This document shows positions 19,799 through 29,630 of a stretch of DNA of 64,000 nucleotides, piece by piece. Source of the stretch: an uncultured Chlamydiae bacterium (lineage in GTDB: Bacteria; Chlamydiota; Chlamydiia; Chlamydiales; JAJFMB01); NCBI GenBank assembly GCA_963696295.1, contig CAVOJR010000001.1, positions 1,216,001-1,280,000 of the forward strand, read 5' to 3'. Below the pieces are notes generated by a model, which was not told the DNA's origin, made no database searches, and was given only the letters and a program-made list of their open reading frames with translations. Numbering within the stretch: position 1 is the first letter of the stretch; every line of letters starts with the position of its first letter. The position numbers were made by a program, and so were the translations under genes.

Positions 19799-20638
19799 AT
19801 GAAGCTGTTTCTTTTTCTCCTACTCTTAGCTCCCTTAAGCGCTGACGTTCATCGCCAATACTTTGAAGACTCCACGCAACTTGAAATGCTCTCGCAATAT
19901 GATTTGGGGGAAAAACATGGGGAGCAAATACGTTATTACCTCAATGCCCAAAGACAATCCGTTGCCACCTACGACCACGGCGTGCTGCATGGTCTGAAAG
20001 CCGCCTGGGACATCAACGGAGAATTGATTGAGGAGGCCTTTTACGAGGCGGGAAATTTGACCGGGCGCTGCTACCGCCTTCATCCCGACGGACAAAAAAT
20101 CATCTCCCACTACAAAAACAACCTTTTGGATGGCTGGCACCAAATCTTCTATCCTTCTCAAGATGTTATAGGAGAGGTAAAAGCCCTCGAAGCCTATTAC
20201 CAGCAAGGTTTGCTCGAAGGAGAGCTCTCGGAATATAGTGAGAAAGGGATCAAAATTGCCTCAACGCCCTACAAACGAGGTAAAAAAGAAGGGACGGCGA
20301 TGATTTTTGAGCCGGAAGGGCGGATTCTCTGCTCGGCGGAGTTTAAGGATGATAAACGGAACGGCATGACTTATGAATATTACCCCAACGGCGATATCGC
20401 CTCGGCCTGCTGCATGATCGACGATAAAAGAGAGGGGGAGGAAAAGAGATTTTTCGAAAACGGCAAATTAAAAGTCTTAAATTTTTATAAAAATGACCTC
20501 CTGGAAGGACTCTGCCGGGAGTGGGACGCGGAAGGCAAAGTGATTTTTGAAGGGCGCTATTCCAATGGCCTGAGAGAAGGCGCTTTTCAAAAATTCGATC
20601 TGTGTTCCCATTTTGAAAAGGATCAAAGAGTGAAATGA
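19799..20638 (+). CDS. MORN-variant repeat protein (YwqK-like) with signal peptide
   Basis: Repeated YxxGxxxG...Y/W/FxxxG units; probable start MKLFLFLLLLAPLSA at 19799. Confidence 0.8.
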   Translation: MKLFLFLLLLAPLSADVHRQYFEDSTQLEMLSQYDLGEKHGEQIRYYLNAQRQSVATYDHGVLHGLKAAWDINGELIEEAFYEAGNLTGRCYRLHPDGQKIISHYKNNLLDGWHQIFYPSQDVIGEVKALEAYYQQGLLEGELSEYSEKGIKIASTPYKRGKKEGTAMIFEPEGRILCSAEFKDDKRNGMTYEYYPNGDIASACCMIDDKREGEEKRFFENGKLKVLNFYKNDLLEGLCREWDAEGKVIFEGRYSNGLREGAFQKFDLCSHFEKDQRVK

Positions 20639-20970
20639 TGTTTTGCTGGAAATGCGGCGGGGAACTGAAAGAGCTCTACTTAAAAACCACCCTCAGCAAG
20701 GTGGCCTTCCGGGCCGCCTGCGAGCACTGCCAGGCCCCTTTGCATTGCTGCCGAAACTGCGTCCATTACAAGCCGGGACTTCCAAACGATTGCGACGTGC
20801 CTGGGACCGAATTCGTGTCAGACCGGGAAGCCATGAACTATTGCGAGGAGTTTTCGATTTTGGGCAAAAAGGTCGGCCCCGCTTCCACCCCCAAAGACGT
20901 TTCAAAGCGCTTATTCGGCGAAGAGCCTGAAGAGAAGAAGAAAAACCCGTTCGACGATTTGTTCAGTTAG
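20635..20970 (+). CDS. Cys-rich putative zinc-binding hypothetical protein
   Basis: CWKCG, CEHC, CRNCVHY, NYCEEF; overlaps the upstream stop (ATGA). Confidence 0.7.
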   Translation: MMFCWKCGGELKELYLKTTLSKVAFRAACEHCQAPLHCCRNCVHYKPGLPNDCDVPGTEFVSDREAMNYCEEFSILGKKVGPASTPKDVSKRLFGEEPEEKKKNPFDDLFS

Positions 20971-21192
20971 CTTTCATTATATTTCCGGCCGTGATCAACA
21001 CTTCACCATGGCAGGTAAAAACACCCGCTGCTTTCTCTTTTTTGCTCAAGACTCCATCAATGGGAAGGGAAAGGCAGAGATCTTCCAGCGTTTTCCTGGT
21101 CTCCTCATGGATAAACCGGTGCGATTGTTTTATCTTTTTCAAGAAGATCGGGAAATTCTATTTTTCCCGCGCTTCAACATAATATCTTATTT

Positions 21193-21762
21193 TTAAGAAT
21201 AAATAAACTGAAACAGCTCGGCGATACCGAAACGGCGCTTATCACGAAATGTCAGGTTCTGGTAGCCCTCTAGAGGCAAATTGATCTTGGCTTTATACAT
21301 CGCTTCAACGAAAACTCGTCCCTCCGGTTTGATCAAACGGCTTTCATCCAGCAAATTCAAAAGCTTTAAATAACAGTCGGGATCGTCCAGGTCGTAGGGA
21401 GGATCGATGTAGACAATGTCAAAAGGTTCCCCTCTTTTATCCAATTGGGGTAAGAGCTTATAAGCATCGCCGTAAAGGACGGAAACATTGTTCTGGAGCG
21501 CGAGCTCTTTCGCATTATCCGTAATGCAGCGGATGCTGTTTTTGCTATTGTCGATAAAAACCGCAAATTCAGCGCCCCGGCTTAAGGCTTCAAAACCCAT
21601 AGCGCCCGAGCCCGCGAAAATATCGAGAAATCTGGCTCCCGCTATCGTGTGCTGGCAAATATTGAAAACGGCTTCGCGCACCTGGCTCGTGGTAGGCCTG
21701 ACATCAAGCCCTTCGGGCACTTTTATCTTTCTATTTCTGAACTCGCCGGCAACAATTCTCAT
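21193..21762 (-). CDS. rsmD: 16S rRNA (guanine966-N2) methyltransferase
   Basis: MRIVAGEFR, RPTTSQVREAVFN, LDIFAGSGAMGFEALSRGA, IDPPY. Confidence 0.93.
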   Translation of the reverse strand: MRIVAGEFRNRKIKVPEGLDVRPTTSQVREAVFNICQHTIAGARFLDIFAGSGAMGFEALSRGAEFAVFIDNSKNSIRCITDNAKELALQNNVSVLYGDAYKLLPQLDKRGEPFDIVYIDPPYDLDDPDCYLKLLNLLDESRLIKPEGRVFVEAMYKAKINLPLEGYQNLTFRDKRRFGIAELFQFIYS

Positions 21763-21765
21763 ATA

Positions 21766-22866
21766 TTAATTCATCAAGATGTGATTGATCTTCCAGACAT
21801 TATCCTCGAGGATTAATTCAAACTCCACAGGCAAATGGCGATCATCCTCTAGAGAACTGAGCGTAGCTAAAACTACAGCCTCATTTTTAGACTGTTTGAC
21901 GGAATGAATTTTAGAAGCGCGATGATGAAAGAAAGTCTCCTGTTTTTTCACAAATGATTTAAAATCCTGCAAGGTGAGCGACTGCTGAAATTCCTTTGAG
22001 GAATAGTCAAAATAGGCTTTGGCTATTTCATGAGCGCGAATGGCTGCCAACTGCGACAGGATGATTCCTTCTGGATCGACAGGAAGATCGCCCTGGCGGC
22101 AGAATTCCATGGCAGAAATTTTCCATGTCCCCTTCTCTTTGCTCAGATGAAACACCATCTCTGAAACCGACCCATCGGCATGCAAACCCACCTTCCACTT
22201 GTCTCTGCCGGTATCGAGAAATTCCGCTTTCTCGAAACTCCTCAAAGGAGCGAAAAACTCGACCATTTCCTGAAAAGAACCCAAGGAGGTTTTACTTTGA
22301 AAATCGCGGCCGGTATAAGTGTAATAGGCGTCGACCACATCGCCGTTTTTAATCGCCGTTAACTGCCCCTGAATAGTCTGCTCAATTTCCTGCCTCACTT
22401 CATCATCATAAGGAAAATAATCGCCATCAAGCCCGATTTTGGTGATTTTCCAATTTAAATTTTCCCTTTGAAAGCGAAATAGAGCGGAGTACTCTCCCCC
22501 TTTTGCCGAAACCAGCTTCACTTCGAGCTTTCCCTTTTTTGCATCCAGGGAATCATAATCGATTTCGCACGATTCGTACTGCATCAATATGGGGTTTTTG
22601 GCGAGAAACTCCCTAAAATCGATCAGATCAGATTTTCCCTGGAATTTGCTCGCGGTATAGGCATAAAAGGCTTTGGAATATTCCCTATTATGCAAAGCCT
22701 CAAGCTCGGCTTTGGCGATAGCCGGCATGGCTTGAAAGAAGTTATAATAAAGGACGCCTCCAAGCGGAAGGGATAAGCAGAATGCAAAGAGCATCTGCAG
22801 CCAAAGGGGATACTTGCTCCTCCATGACTTAACCAGTTCCACATGTCCGCACTTATTGCAATACAT
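21766..22866 (-). CDS. Membrane-anchored protein with three DUF4864-like (NTF2-like) repeats
   Basis: One TM, then three units of the form QLxAI...AY...S/GxxFQ...WKI. Confidence 0.65.
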   Translation of the reverse strand: MYCNKCGHVELVKSWRSKYPLWLQMLFAFCLSLPLGGVLYYNFFQAMPAIAKAELEALHNREYSKAFYAYTASKFQGKSDLIDFREFLAKNPILMQYESCEIDYDSLDAKKGKLEVKLVSAKGGEYSALFRFQRENLNWKITKIGLDGDYFPYDDEVRQEIEQTIQGQLTAIKNGDVVDAYYTYTGRDFQSKTSLGSFQEMVEFFAPLRSFEKAEFLDTGRDKWKVGLHADGSVSEMVFHLSKEKGTWKISAMEFCRQGDLPVDPEGIILSQLAAIRAHEIAKAYFDYSSKEFQQSLTLQDFKSFVKKQETFFHHRASKIHSVKQSKNEAVVLATLSSLEDDRHLPVEFELILEDNVWKINHILMN

Positions 22867-23894
22867 TATTTATATATCCCATAATATTCGATCAAATTCT
22901 CAGCCTGCAAATAATGGGTCAATTTCAGTTTTTCATAGATGCGAAGACCTTTGGCATTATAACCTTGCTGAAAATACAAAATGCCCAATTTGAAGAGGGT
23001 TTCATGATCATTCGGCCTTAAAGTGAGAATGGTCTCATACTCACGCATCTCCTCTTCCGGCATCTGCAGGTCGTGATAGCTATAGGCTAATTGAAGATGG
23101 ACCCAGGCGTCGTCTGGAGCATAGTCGCTTAAAATTTTAAATTCCTCAATCGCCCTCTCAGCCGTCTCGCGGAATTTGTTGTCCATCTCCCGCCTTATCC
23201 CCTGATTGGAAAACCATCTGTCCTCTTCATCGCTTCCGCTTTTGCGGTATATGCCCGAAAGCAAAATGTAGGTATTGGCTAAAGCGGCATGCACATCGAG
23301 ACTGGTAGGTTCGCATTTCACCAGTTTGATGTGTTCCTCAATAGAGGCGTGCAGCAAAAGCTCCCGCATGGCCAGCACATCTTCCCAAAAACAATAGCAG
23401 CTCCATTTTTCCATGGTGGAAGACAAAAAATCCAACCATTTTGGAGGATTATAGTAATTGCACTCCCAGTTTTGCAAAGTAGTAGCCCATTTGTTAAAGG
23501 CATTGGAAAGCACGATATGATGTTCAGCCACCCCTTCTTGGAAATGGATCAGCTGCTTGCATATGGAACTAAAACCGGACTTTATTTTTTTAAACTGGTT
23601 CCTTTTTTGCGACTGCAAATAGAGACGCAGGATAAAATAGGAAAAAAATGTTAAAAAAACAAAGCTCAAGCTCAGGGCGAGGAAGGAAGTTTGAGCGAGG
23701 TAGGCAAAAAAAACCGTCAGGAGAACCGCCTCAACTACCCCTAATAGGGTGAAAAAGAGGTGGAATGCCAGATGCCATTTGAGGAGGCGGTCAAATTTCG
23801 GCTGGGTCTGTTGAATAATTTTATTAATTTGAGAATGGTAATAAAGGCTGTCGCTTTGCAGCAACTCTTCAGTTTCATTTTGAGTGGCAAACAT
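22866..23894 (-). CDS. Conserved chlamydial membrane protein with C-terminal TPR repeats
   Basis: Two N-terminal TMs; TPR-like VHLQLAYSY..., LFKLGILYFQQG; probable start MFATQ at 23894. Confidence 0.7.
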   Translation of the reverse strand: MFATQNETEELLQSDSLYYHSQINKIIQQTQPKFDRLLKWHLAFHLFFTLLGVVEAVLLTVFFAYLAQTSFLALSLSFVFLTFFSYFILRLYLQSQKRNQFKKIKSGFSSICKQLIHFQEGVAEHHIVLSNAFNKWATTLQNWECNYYNPPKWLDFLSSTMEKWSCYCFWEDVLAMRELLLHASIEEHIKLVKCEPTSLDVHAALANTYILLSGIYRKSGSDEEDRWFSNQGIRREMDNKFRETAERAIEEFKILSDYAPDDAWVHLQLAYSYHDLQMPEEEMREYETILTLRPNDHETLFKLGILYFQQGYNAKGLRIYEKLKLTHYLQAENLIEYYGIYK

Positions 23895-23895
23895 T

Positions 23896-24831
23896 TCACA
23901 TATCCGTCGATTGAGGAAGCTCAACAGCTTCTTCCCTATAACTCTCTTTCAATTCTTCAAAATAAAAGATAAAAAGGCCACAAAAAACAACGACGAACGA
24001 CAAATAGAATGAAATTCCGATCGACTCTCCGAGAAAGGACCAGCCGAATATCGCAGCGAAAATCGGAGTGGTCAAACCGGCAAAGGACATAAAAGTCGCG
24101 GAGAATCTCTTCAAAAGATAGCCATACAGGTTATAGCAGATCAAATTGGAAACCACTATCAGCAAAAGAGCGCACTCAAAAAAGGGGAGAAAGCCGACAA
24201 CGGGAATCGGATCCCAATTTTCGACCAGGCCCGAATGGATCAAAGCGATGACCCCGCCTACCGCCATGCTCATCCCGTTTGCCATAATGGGGGAATTTCC
24301 CTGCTCATTCACACATTGCCTGAGGAGAATCCAGCCATACACACTGCAGAGGACGGCGCAGATCATCGACAGCTCCGGCCAGGAAAACATAAAGAGATGG
24401 CCTACAGAACTTTCCGTTTCGGTCTGGCTGAGCAATATAGGGAACATGCCAATAAATCCGATAAGCAAACCGGCCCATTTTTTTAACGTGAGGATTTCGG
24501 AGAAAATAAAATAAGAAAACAGGGCTGATAAAAATGGGGACAAACTGTAGATAAAACAGGTTTTAAAAGAAGTTAAGTACTTTAAAGCCCAGAATTCGAA
24601 CATATTAGTCAAATAAATATTAAAAATAGCCAGAAGAAAGAGGCGCCACGCCATTTTCCCGTTAAAAACCACCTTCTCTTTTCGGATAAAAAACTGGAAA
24701 GCCAGCATCAAAATACCGGCGAGGAGCATGCGCGATCCGACAAAGAAGAAGGGCTCGGTATGGCCAAGGCCGATTTTGGCTATGGTGAATACGCTGGCAA
24801 AAAGGGCATAGAGTAATACGACTAAAAACAT
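23896..24831 (-). CDS. DMT/EamA-family transporter, probable chlamydial SAM/SAH transporter homolog
   Basis: Ten TMs in two EamA repeats (SRMLLAG, SLSPFLSALFS, TPIFAAIFGWSFLGE); substrate assignment is inference. Confidence 0.75.
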   Translation of the reverse strand: MFLVVLLYALFASVFTIAKIGLGHTEPFFFVGSRMLLAGILMLAFQFFIRKEKVVFNGKMAWRLFLLAIFNIYLTNMFEFWALKYLTSFKTCFIYSLSPFLSALFSYFIFSEILTLKKWAGLLIGFIGMFPILLSQTETESSVGHLFMFSWPELSMICAVLCSVYGWILLRQCVNEQGNSPIMANGMSMAVGGVIALIHSGLVENWDPIPVVGFLPFFECALLLIVVSNLICYNLYGYLLKRFSATFMSFAGLTTPIFAAIFGWSFLGESIGISFYLSFVVVFCGLFIFYFEELKESYREEAVELPQSTDM

Positions 24832-25026
24832 AAGCCTCTTAAATATATCTAAAAAATTGAAATTTTACCTCAAAACACCTTTAAATGGAATAAAATAATC
24901 AATCCAGCTTAAATGCTAAACTTCAATAGTTTGCATTAAAAATAAAAATTTATATACATCAAAATATCCCAGACGTGATATATATAGAAATAGGGCGCAT
25001 TTTTGATTATATGGGGTTAGATTACT

Positions 25027-25725
25027 ATGCAAAAACCACGGCTGCTACTGATTGAAGATGAAGAAGATATCGCAGCACTTATCAAATTACAGGCCGAAAT
25101 TTCGGGGTATAAGCTGCATGTCGAGGTCGACGGTTTAAACGGCCTGAGGGCGATTGAACGGGAAAAGCCCGACCTGATCATTTTGGACATCATGCTGCCC
25201 GGCCAAAGCGGCCTGGATGTATGCCGTAAAGTTAAGAGCAATCCGGAACTCAAAAATATCCCGGTTATCATGATCTCTGCAAAAAGCGAGGAGCTGGATG
25301 TCGTGCTGGGCCTTGAGCTCGGCGCTGACGACTATGTCACTAAACCCTTCTCGGCCAAGATCTTATTCTCACGTATCAGAGCCGTATTGAGACGCGGAAC
25401 GGAACCTGAAAAAGAGCCCAAGATTATCCAATTCGGCCCCCTTACCATGGAAGTCGACCACTACCGGGTTAAAAGGGATGGGGAAATAGTCAATTTGACT
25501 TTATCGGAATTCGGCATTCTGAAGCGTTTGCTTGTCAACCGGGGCAAGGTTCTTTCCAGGAACCAGCTGCTGGATGATGTGCAAAACGACGACGCCTTTA
25601 TTGTCGACCGCAATATCGACGTGCATATCGCCGCCCTGCGCAAAAAGCTGGGTCCCAATTTCAACTACATCGAAACGGTGAGAGGTGTAGGCTACCGCTT
25701 CAAGGAAGACGAGGAGTTAGAGTAG
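25027..25725 (+). CDS. OmpR/PhoB-family response regulator (no adjacent kinase)
   Basis: IEDEED, ILDIMLP, LGADDYVTKPF receiver; winged-helix RNIDVHIAALRKKL...TVRGVGY. Confidence 0.92.
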   Translation: MQKPRLLLIEDEEDIAALIKLQAEISGYKLHVEVDGLNGLRAIEREKPDLIILDIMLPGQSGLDVCRKVKSNPELKNIPVIMISAKSEELDVVLGLELGADDYVTKPFSAKILFSRIRAVLRRGTEPEKEPKIIQFGPLTMEVDHYRVKRDGEIVNLTLSEFGILKRLLVNRGKVLSRNQLLDDVQNDDAFIVDRNIDVHIAALRKKLGPNFNYIETVRGVGYRFKEDEELE

Positions 25726-25775
25726 CCGTCCCTTAAAAACCCTTGCGATGAAAAAATGATTTTTTTATGAAAAAT

Positions 25776-25902
25776 GCACCTTGTTCGTCGTCCAACCCTA
25801 CCGGGTCCCCAGCGAATTTGCCATTTCTTCTCTCGGAGCCCTTGTTTTTCAGGCCCGACTAGAGAGAGTAATAGCTATCGCTTAAGATGAGTAAAAGCCT
25901 GC
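25776..25902. ncRNA. Candidate structured RNA element between convergent genes
   Basis: Nested complementary segments (AGCGA/TCGCT, TCTC/GAGA, TCGG-GCC/GGCCCGA, ACCC/GGGT) form a long rod; family not recognised. Confidence 0.3.
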
Positions 25903-25931
25903 TGTATTTGTTTATTCATTCAGGCCGAATG

Positions 25932-27104
25932 CTATTTCTTAAGATTAGCCTGCCTGACTGCCTCTGAAAGTTTGCCTGCTCTATCTGTCTTTTCCCAGTT
26001 AAATTCATTCCGGCCGAAATGACCACCAAAAGCCGTCTTCCGGTAGATCGGACGGAGCAAATCCAGCATTTCAATAATCCCTTTAGGAGTCAGATCGAAA
26101 ACCTGTGGAATAGCCCTGGCTAAAATATCTTCTGAAACAGTGGAAGTTCCAAAAGTTTCCACTTTAATCGAGATGGGATAGGCGACGCCGATCGCATAGG
26201 AGAGCTGAATTTCACATCGCTTAGCCAATTTTGCCGCGACGACATTTTTTGCCACATACCGGGCGGCATAACTGGCGGAGCGATCCACTTTAGAGGGATC
26301 CTTGCCGGAAAAACATCCTCCCCCATGACGCCCCATCCCTCCGTAAGTGTCGACAATCACTTTGCGCCCTGTGAGTCCGCAATCAGCCGCAGGGCCGCCA
26401 AGGACAAAACGCCCGGTGGGATTGATATAATAAAGGGTGTCTTTATCGATCAGGCCGGCGGGAACGATTTGATGAATGAGCTCCTTCATATCCCGCTCCA
26501 AGATAACGCGGCTCACCTCTTCATTGTGCTGCACCGAGAGGACAACCGTGTGCAAACGCCTGGGAACATCCTCTTGATCGTATTCGATGGTTATTTGGGT
26601 TTTGCCATCCGGCCGCAAATAGGGAATTTTACCGGAAACCCTGACTTCGTGCAGCTTCCGCACAATCCGGTTGCAAAGCGCAATCGGCATCGGCATCAGC
26701 TCCTCCGTTTCGTCAGAAGCGTAACCAAACATAATCCCCTGATCCCCGGCGCCCTGTTCTTTGAATAACCCTTGCCCTTCCAAAACCCCTTGGGCGATAT
26801 CGGGAGATTGTTTGTTGATGGTAAGTATGATGCCGCAGGATCTGGAGTCAAACCCTAAAGCGCAATCATTATATCCGATCTCTTTGATCATCTCTCTTGC
26901 TATTTGTTGGTAGTCGGGTTGAAAATTCGACGTGATCTCCCCGGCAATGACAACCAGACCGGTGGAAACCAGGCACTCGCAGGCCACTTTCGCCAAAGGA
27001 TCCTTTTGCAGGCAGACGTCCAGGATGGCATCGGAGATTTGATCGGCTACCTTGTCGGGGTGGCCGATGGCAACGGATTCAGAGGTAAAAAGGTAGTTTT
27101 TCAT
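25932..27104 (-). CDS. metK: S-adenosylmethionine synthetase
   Basis: [40 protein letters not shown]. Confidence 0.97.
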   Translation of the reverse strand: MKNYLFTSESVAIGHPDKVADQISDAILDVCLQKDPLAKVACECLVSTGLVVIAGEITSNFQPDYQQIAREMIKEIGYNDCALGFDSRSCGIILTINKQSPDIAQGVLEGQGLFKEQGAGDQGIMFGYASDETEELMPMPIALCNRIVRKLHEVRVSGKIPYLRPDGKTQITIEYDQEDVPRRLHTVVLSVQHNEEVSRVILERDMKELIHQIVPAGLIDKDTLYYINPTGRFVLGGPAADCGLTGRKVIVDTYGGMGRHGGGCFSGKDPSKVDRSASYAARYVAKNVVAAKLAKRCEIQLSYAIGVAYPISIKVETFGTSTVSEDILARAIPQVFDLTPKGIIEMLDLLRPIYRKTAFGGHFGRNEFNWEKTDRAGKLSEAVRQANLKK

Positions 27105-27823
27105 CAGGTATATTTCCTATCTAGAAAAATCAAATTGAATTCCGTTTTTGCCGCCAAAATGTAGTTATTTTCAACCATCAGTCTATATATTTTAAACATA
27201 CTGTCTTTCTTATATTGCGGAGAGGGTTCGCAAGAAATAATCCAGGGGCGGTGTTTATTAAAGTTTATCCCATTTAAAATTTCATAATCAAGCCCTTCCA
27301 CATCTATCGAAAGATACATGATCGACTCATAGGGGGCCAATAAATCCCGGATATGGATATTCCTGACTTCGATTTGTTTGACAATGCCGCTCTCCTTAGG
27401 ATACATAGCGTTAAAGGTACGGATATGTTCCGCATCTAATGATGAAAGCTCCTTAGCTTGTGCGACATTAAGCCAGACGGTATCAACCTCCCTTGCAGAA
27501 ACGGCGCATTCTTTGATCTCATCCCGGGGGCGGGCTTTTTGTAAGGCGGGAATCAGTTCAGGATCGGCTTCAACCAATACCCCGTGGGCGTTGTATTTGA
27601 GATAAAAGAGATAAGTATTGCTCGTCTGGACCGGGTGGTTCGCCCCGATTTCCATGTAAAAAATATTCTCCACGGGCTTTGACCTGCTGAAAATTGACAA
27701 AAGCAGCGACTCGACAATGATATCTTCGGCATCCTGAGAATAGGTTTCGGGAAGAGGGGTATTTATCCAATTTAGAGGTAAATCCAGGCGCTGGCATTCA
27801 GCCAGGATAAAGGGATTGAACAT
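27104..27823 (-). CDS. FkbM-family methyltransferase, no signal peptide, translationally coupled to metK
   Basis: YSQDAED, EIGANHP...[17 protein letters not shown] stop/start overlap with metK. Confidence 0.85.
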   Translation of the reverse strand: MFNPFILAECQRLDLPLNWINTPLPETYSQDAEDIIVESLLLSIFSRSKPVENIFYMEIGANHPVQTSNTYLFYLKYNAHGVLVEADPELIPALQKARPRDEIKECAVSAREVDTVWLNVAQAKELSSLDAEHIRTFNAMYPKESGIVKQIEVRNIHIRDLLAPYESIMYLSIDVEGLDYEILNGINFNKHRPWIISCEPSPQYKKDSMFKIYRLMVENNYILAAKTEFNLIFLDRKYT

Positions 27824-27904
27824 GGAAAACCCGTTTTTGTTTTATACAATTTTGAAGTTGTTTATGTATACTTTGCCGAAAATCCGGTTTTAAGTAAAAT
27901 CAGA

Positions 27905-28198
27905 ATGATGATCTGTTTCCTCCTTAGCTTATCTCTAACCTTCCTTGAACTGGATAAAGGTCCGCCGGAAAAATATGCCGGAGAGGAAGTCTCTATCCTC
28001 GGCTTTTTAGTCTGCAATGAACAGCAAGAGTGGTTTTTGGCCAGGCAGCCGAATATCAAAAGCTGCTGTATCAGCAAGAGCGGTATTCGCCTGCCCGCAG
28101 AATTTTCCCCGAAGCTGAAGAATCAAATCGTTCGGGTCGCCGGGGTATTGAAGACCGACCCCGGGCTTGTTCTGGAAAATCCCGTTATCGATGAATAA
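27905..28198 (+). CDS. Small hypothetical protein with N-terminal hydrophobic segment and CC motif (OB-fold-like)
   Basis: GEEVSILGFL...KSCC...VRVAGVL pattern. Confidence 0.5.
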   Translation: MMICFLLSLSLTFLELDKGPPEKYAGEEVSILGFLVCNEQQEWFLARQPNIKSCCISKSGIRLPAEFSPKLKNQIVRVAGVLKTDPGLVLENPVIDE

Positions 28199-28928
28199 GT
28201 TCCGCCTGATAGCCCAATTGCGTCTGAAAAAGAGCGGGATCGCCTGTCGTAAATAATCTGTGGGGGCTTTTTACACCGGATAAACCAACGCTCGAGGCAA
28301 TTTTTGCGGCTGCGGAGGCAGAAGCTTCTATAATATCAATATCTTTCCCGAAACTCTCTTTCATCAATGGCAAAATATGGGCAAAATGGGTGCAGGCAAG
28401 CAGCACCGTATCAACTTTATGCCGCGCAAAATACTCATTATATTCTTCTAAATAGGCTTTCGATGCCGCTTCATCCCTTCTTTCAATCGATTGGATCAGC
28501 TCAGGGCAAGCCATGGGAAAAAGGGTCAAATCTGGGGATAATCTATTTTGAATGACAGCAGAGTTAATCGTACCTTTTGTCCCTAATATAGCCACATGGG
28601 AGCTGCTTTCACGCCTTTCAAGCTCCTCTATCAAACTATCGACAACGCTAATGACAGGAAGGCTCGTATAGGACAAAAGCGCCTCATAGGCTAGAGCAGA
28701 GGCCGTAAAGCAGGCGATCACAAGCGCTTTGATGTTTTGCTCCAGCAAAAAGGCCGCATTTTGCAGGCTGTATTGTATGATCTCGCTTTGGCTTTTATCC
28801 CCATAGGGAAAGTGGGCAGTATCAGCTAAATAGTAGATCGTTTCATTAGGGAGAAGGCATTCAATTTGGGAAAATAGCATTAACCCCCCAATCCCAGAAT
28901 CGAACATGCCAATCGGGAGGTTATTCAT
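28185..28928 (-). CDS. murI: Glutamate racemase
   Basis: IGMFDSGIGG, DTAHFPYGDKS, IACFTAS and LACTHF catalytic cysteines. Confidence 0.88.
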   Translation of the reverse strand: MNNLPIGMFDSGIGGLMLFSQIECLLPNETIYYLADTAHFPYGDKSQSEIIQYSLQNAAFLLEQNIKALVIACFTASALAYEALLSYTSLPVISVVDSLIEELERRESSSHVAILGTKGTINSAVIQNRLSPDLTLFPMACPELIQSIERRDEAASKAYLEEYNEYFARHKVDTVLLACTHFAHILPLMKESFGKDIDIIEASASAAAKIASSVGLSGVKSPHRLFTTGDPALFQTQLGYQAELIHR

Positions 28929-28931
28929 CGC

Positions 28932-29615
28932 TTATTCGGGCAGCTTAAGTTTTTGGCCGACAATTATCAAGTCGTTGCTTCCCGTCAAATGATTGATCTC
29001 TTTCAGCTTGGATACCGTCGTATTGTTCTTACGGGCAATTTTTTCAAGGCTGTCTCCCGCTTTTACTTGATAGACTGGCGCGGAGGAGAGAGGATGATAA
29101 TGATCATCCGTCAAAACCGAGACATCTTTGATTTGCAGAGCATCCATCAAGGCCTGCAAGGCCGCCTGCAGGTGTTCGATATTTTGATTTTGAACTTCGA
29201 CCACTTTTTCCAAATGAGTGATCTTCTGCTTTTGCTGCGATACCTCATTGAGATGACTTTTCAAATAATCGATATCTTTCAACGAGGAGCTGGAAGACCC
29301 TTCGAGATTGGCTAATTTCATCTCTACCTGTTCGAGGGCGTCGCGGATTTTCTCCCGATTCACTACGCTGGCATCATTTAGCTGCTTCCACAGGGAATCC
29401 ACGGCAATTTCCTGATTGCCCAGCTTTTCCTGCAACATCCGCATTTCAGTTTCATGATTTGCGGCTTCATACTTGATATCATCGATCAGATTATGAAGTT
29501 CCTCGAAAGCCTGAGGCGAGACATTTTTGTCTTGCCTAATATAGTATTTTTTAGGAGCAGCACCGATGTGGAAAGAAACTCCAAAAATGATGAGAAATGC
29601 AATAAAACGTTTCAT
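28932..29615 (-). CDS. Coiled-coil plus C-terminal LysM protein of the chlamydial tol-pal cluster
   Basis: Signal peptide, coiled coil, YQVKAGDSLEKIARKN...LIIVGQKLKLP LysM. Confidence 0.85.
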   Translation of the reverse strand: MKRFIAFLIIFGVSFHIGAAPKKYYIRQDKNVSPQAFEELHNLIDDIKYEAANHETEMRMLQEKLGNQEIAVDSLWKQLNDASVVNREKIRDALEQVEMKLANLEGSSSSSLKDIDYLKSHLNEVSQQKQKITHLEKVVEVQNQNIEHLQAALQALMDALQIKDVSVLTDDHYHPLSSAPVYQVKAGDSLEKIARKNNTTVSKLKEINHLTGSNDLIIVGQKLKLPE

Positions 29616-29630
29616 CTAAGACTCTCTCAT

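Noticed and set aside
20963..21196. Short ORFs between the Cys-rich gene and rsmD (two on plus, one ~58-codon on minus)
   Set aside because: No recognisable motif or convincing RBS; cannot choose a real frame
25776..25902. SAM riboswitch or SRP RNA identity for the structured element
   Set aside because: It lies downstream of metK, and lacks the SAM-I core and the SRP GGAA-loop/AGCAG motif
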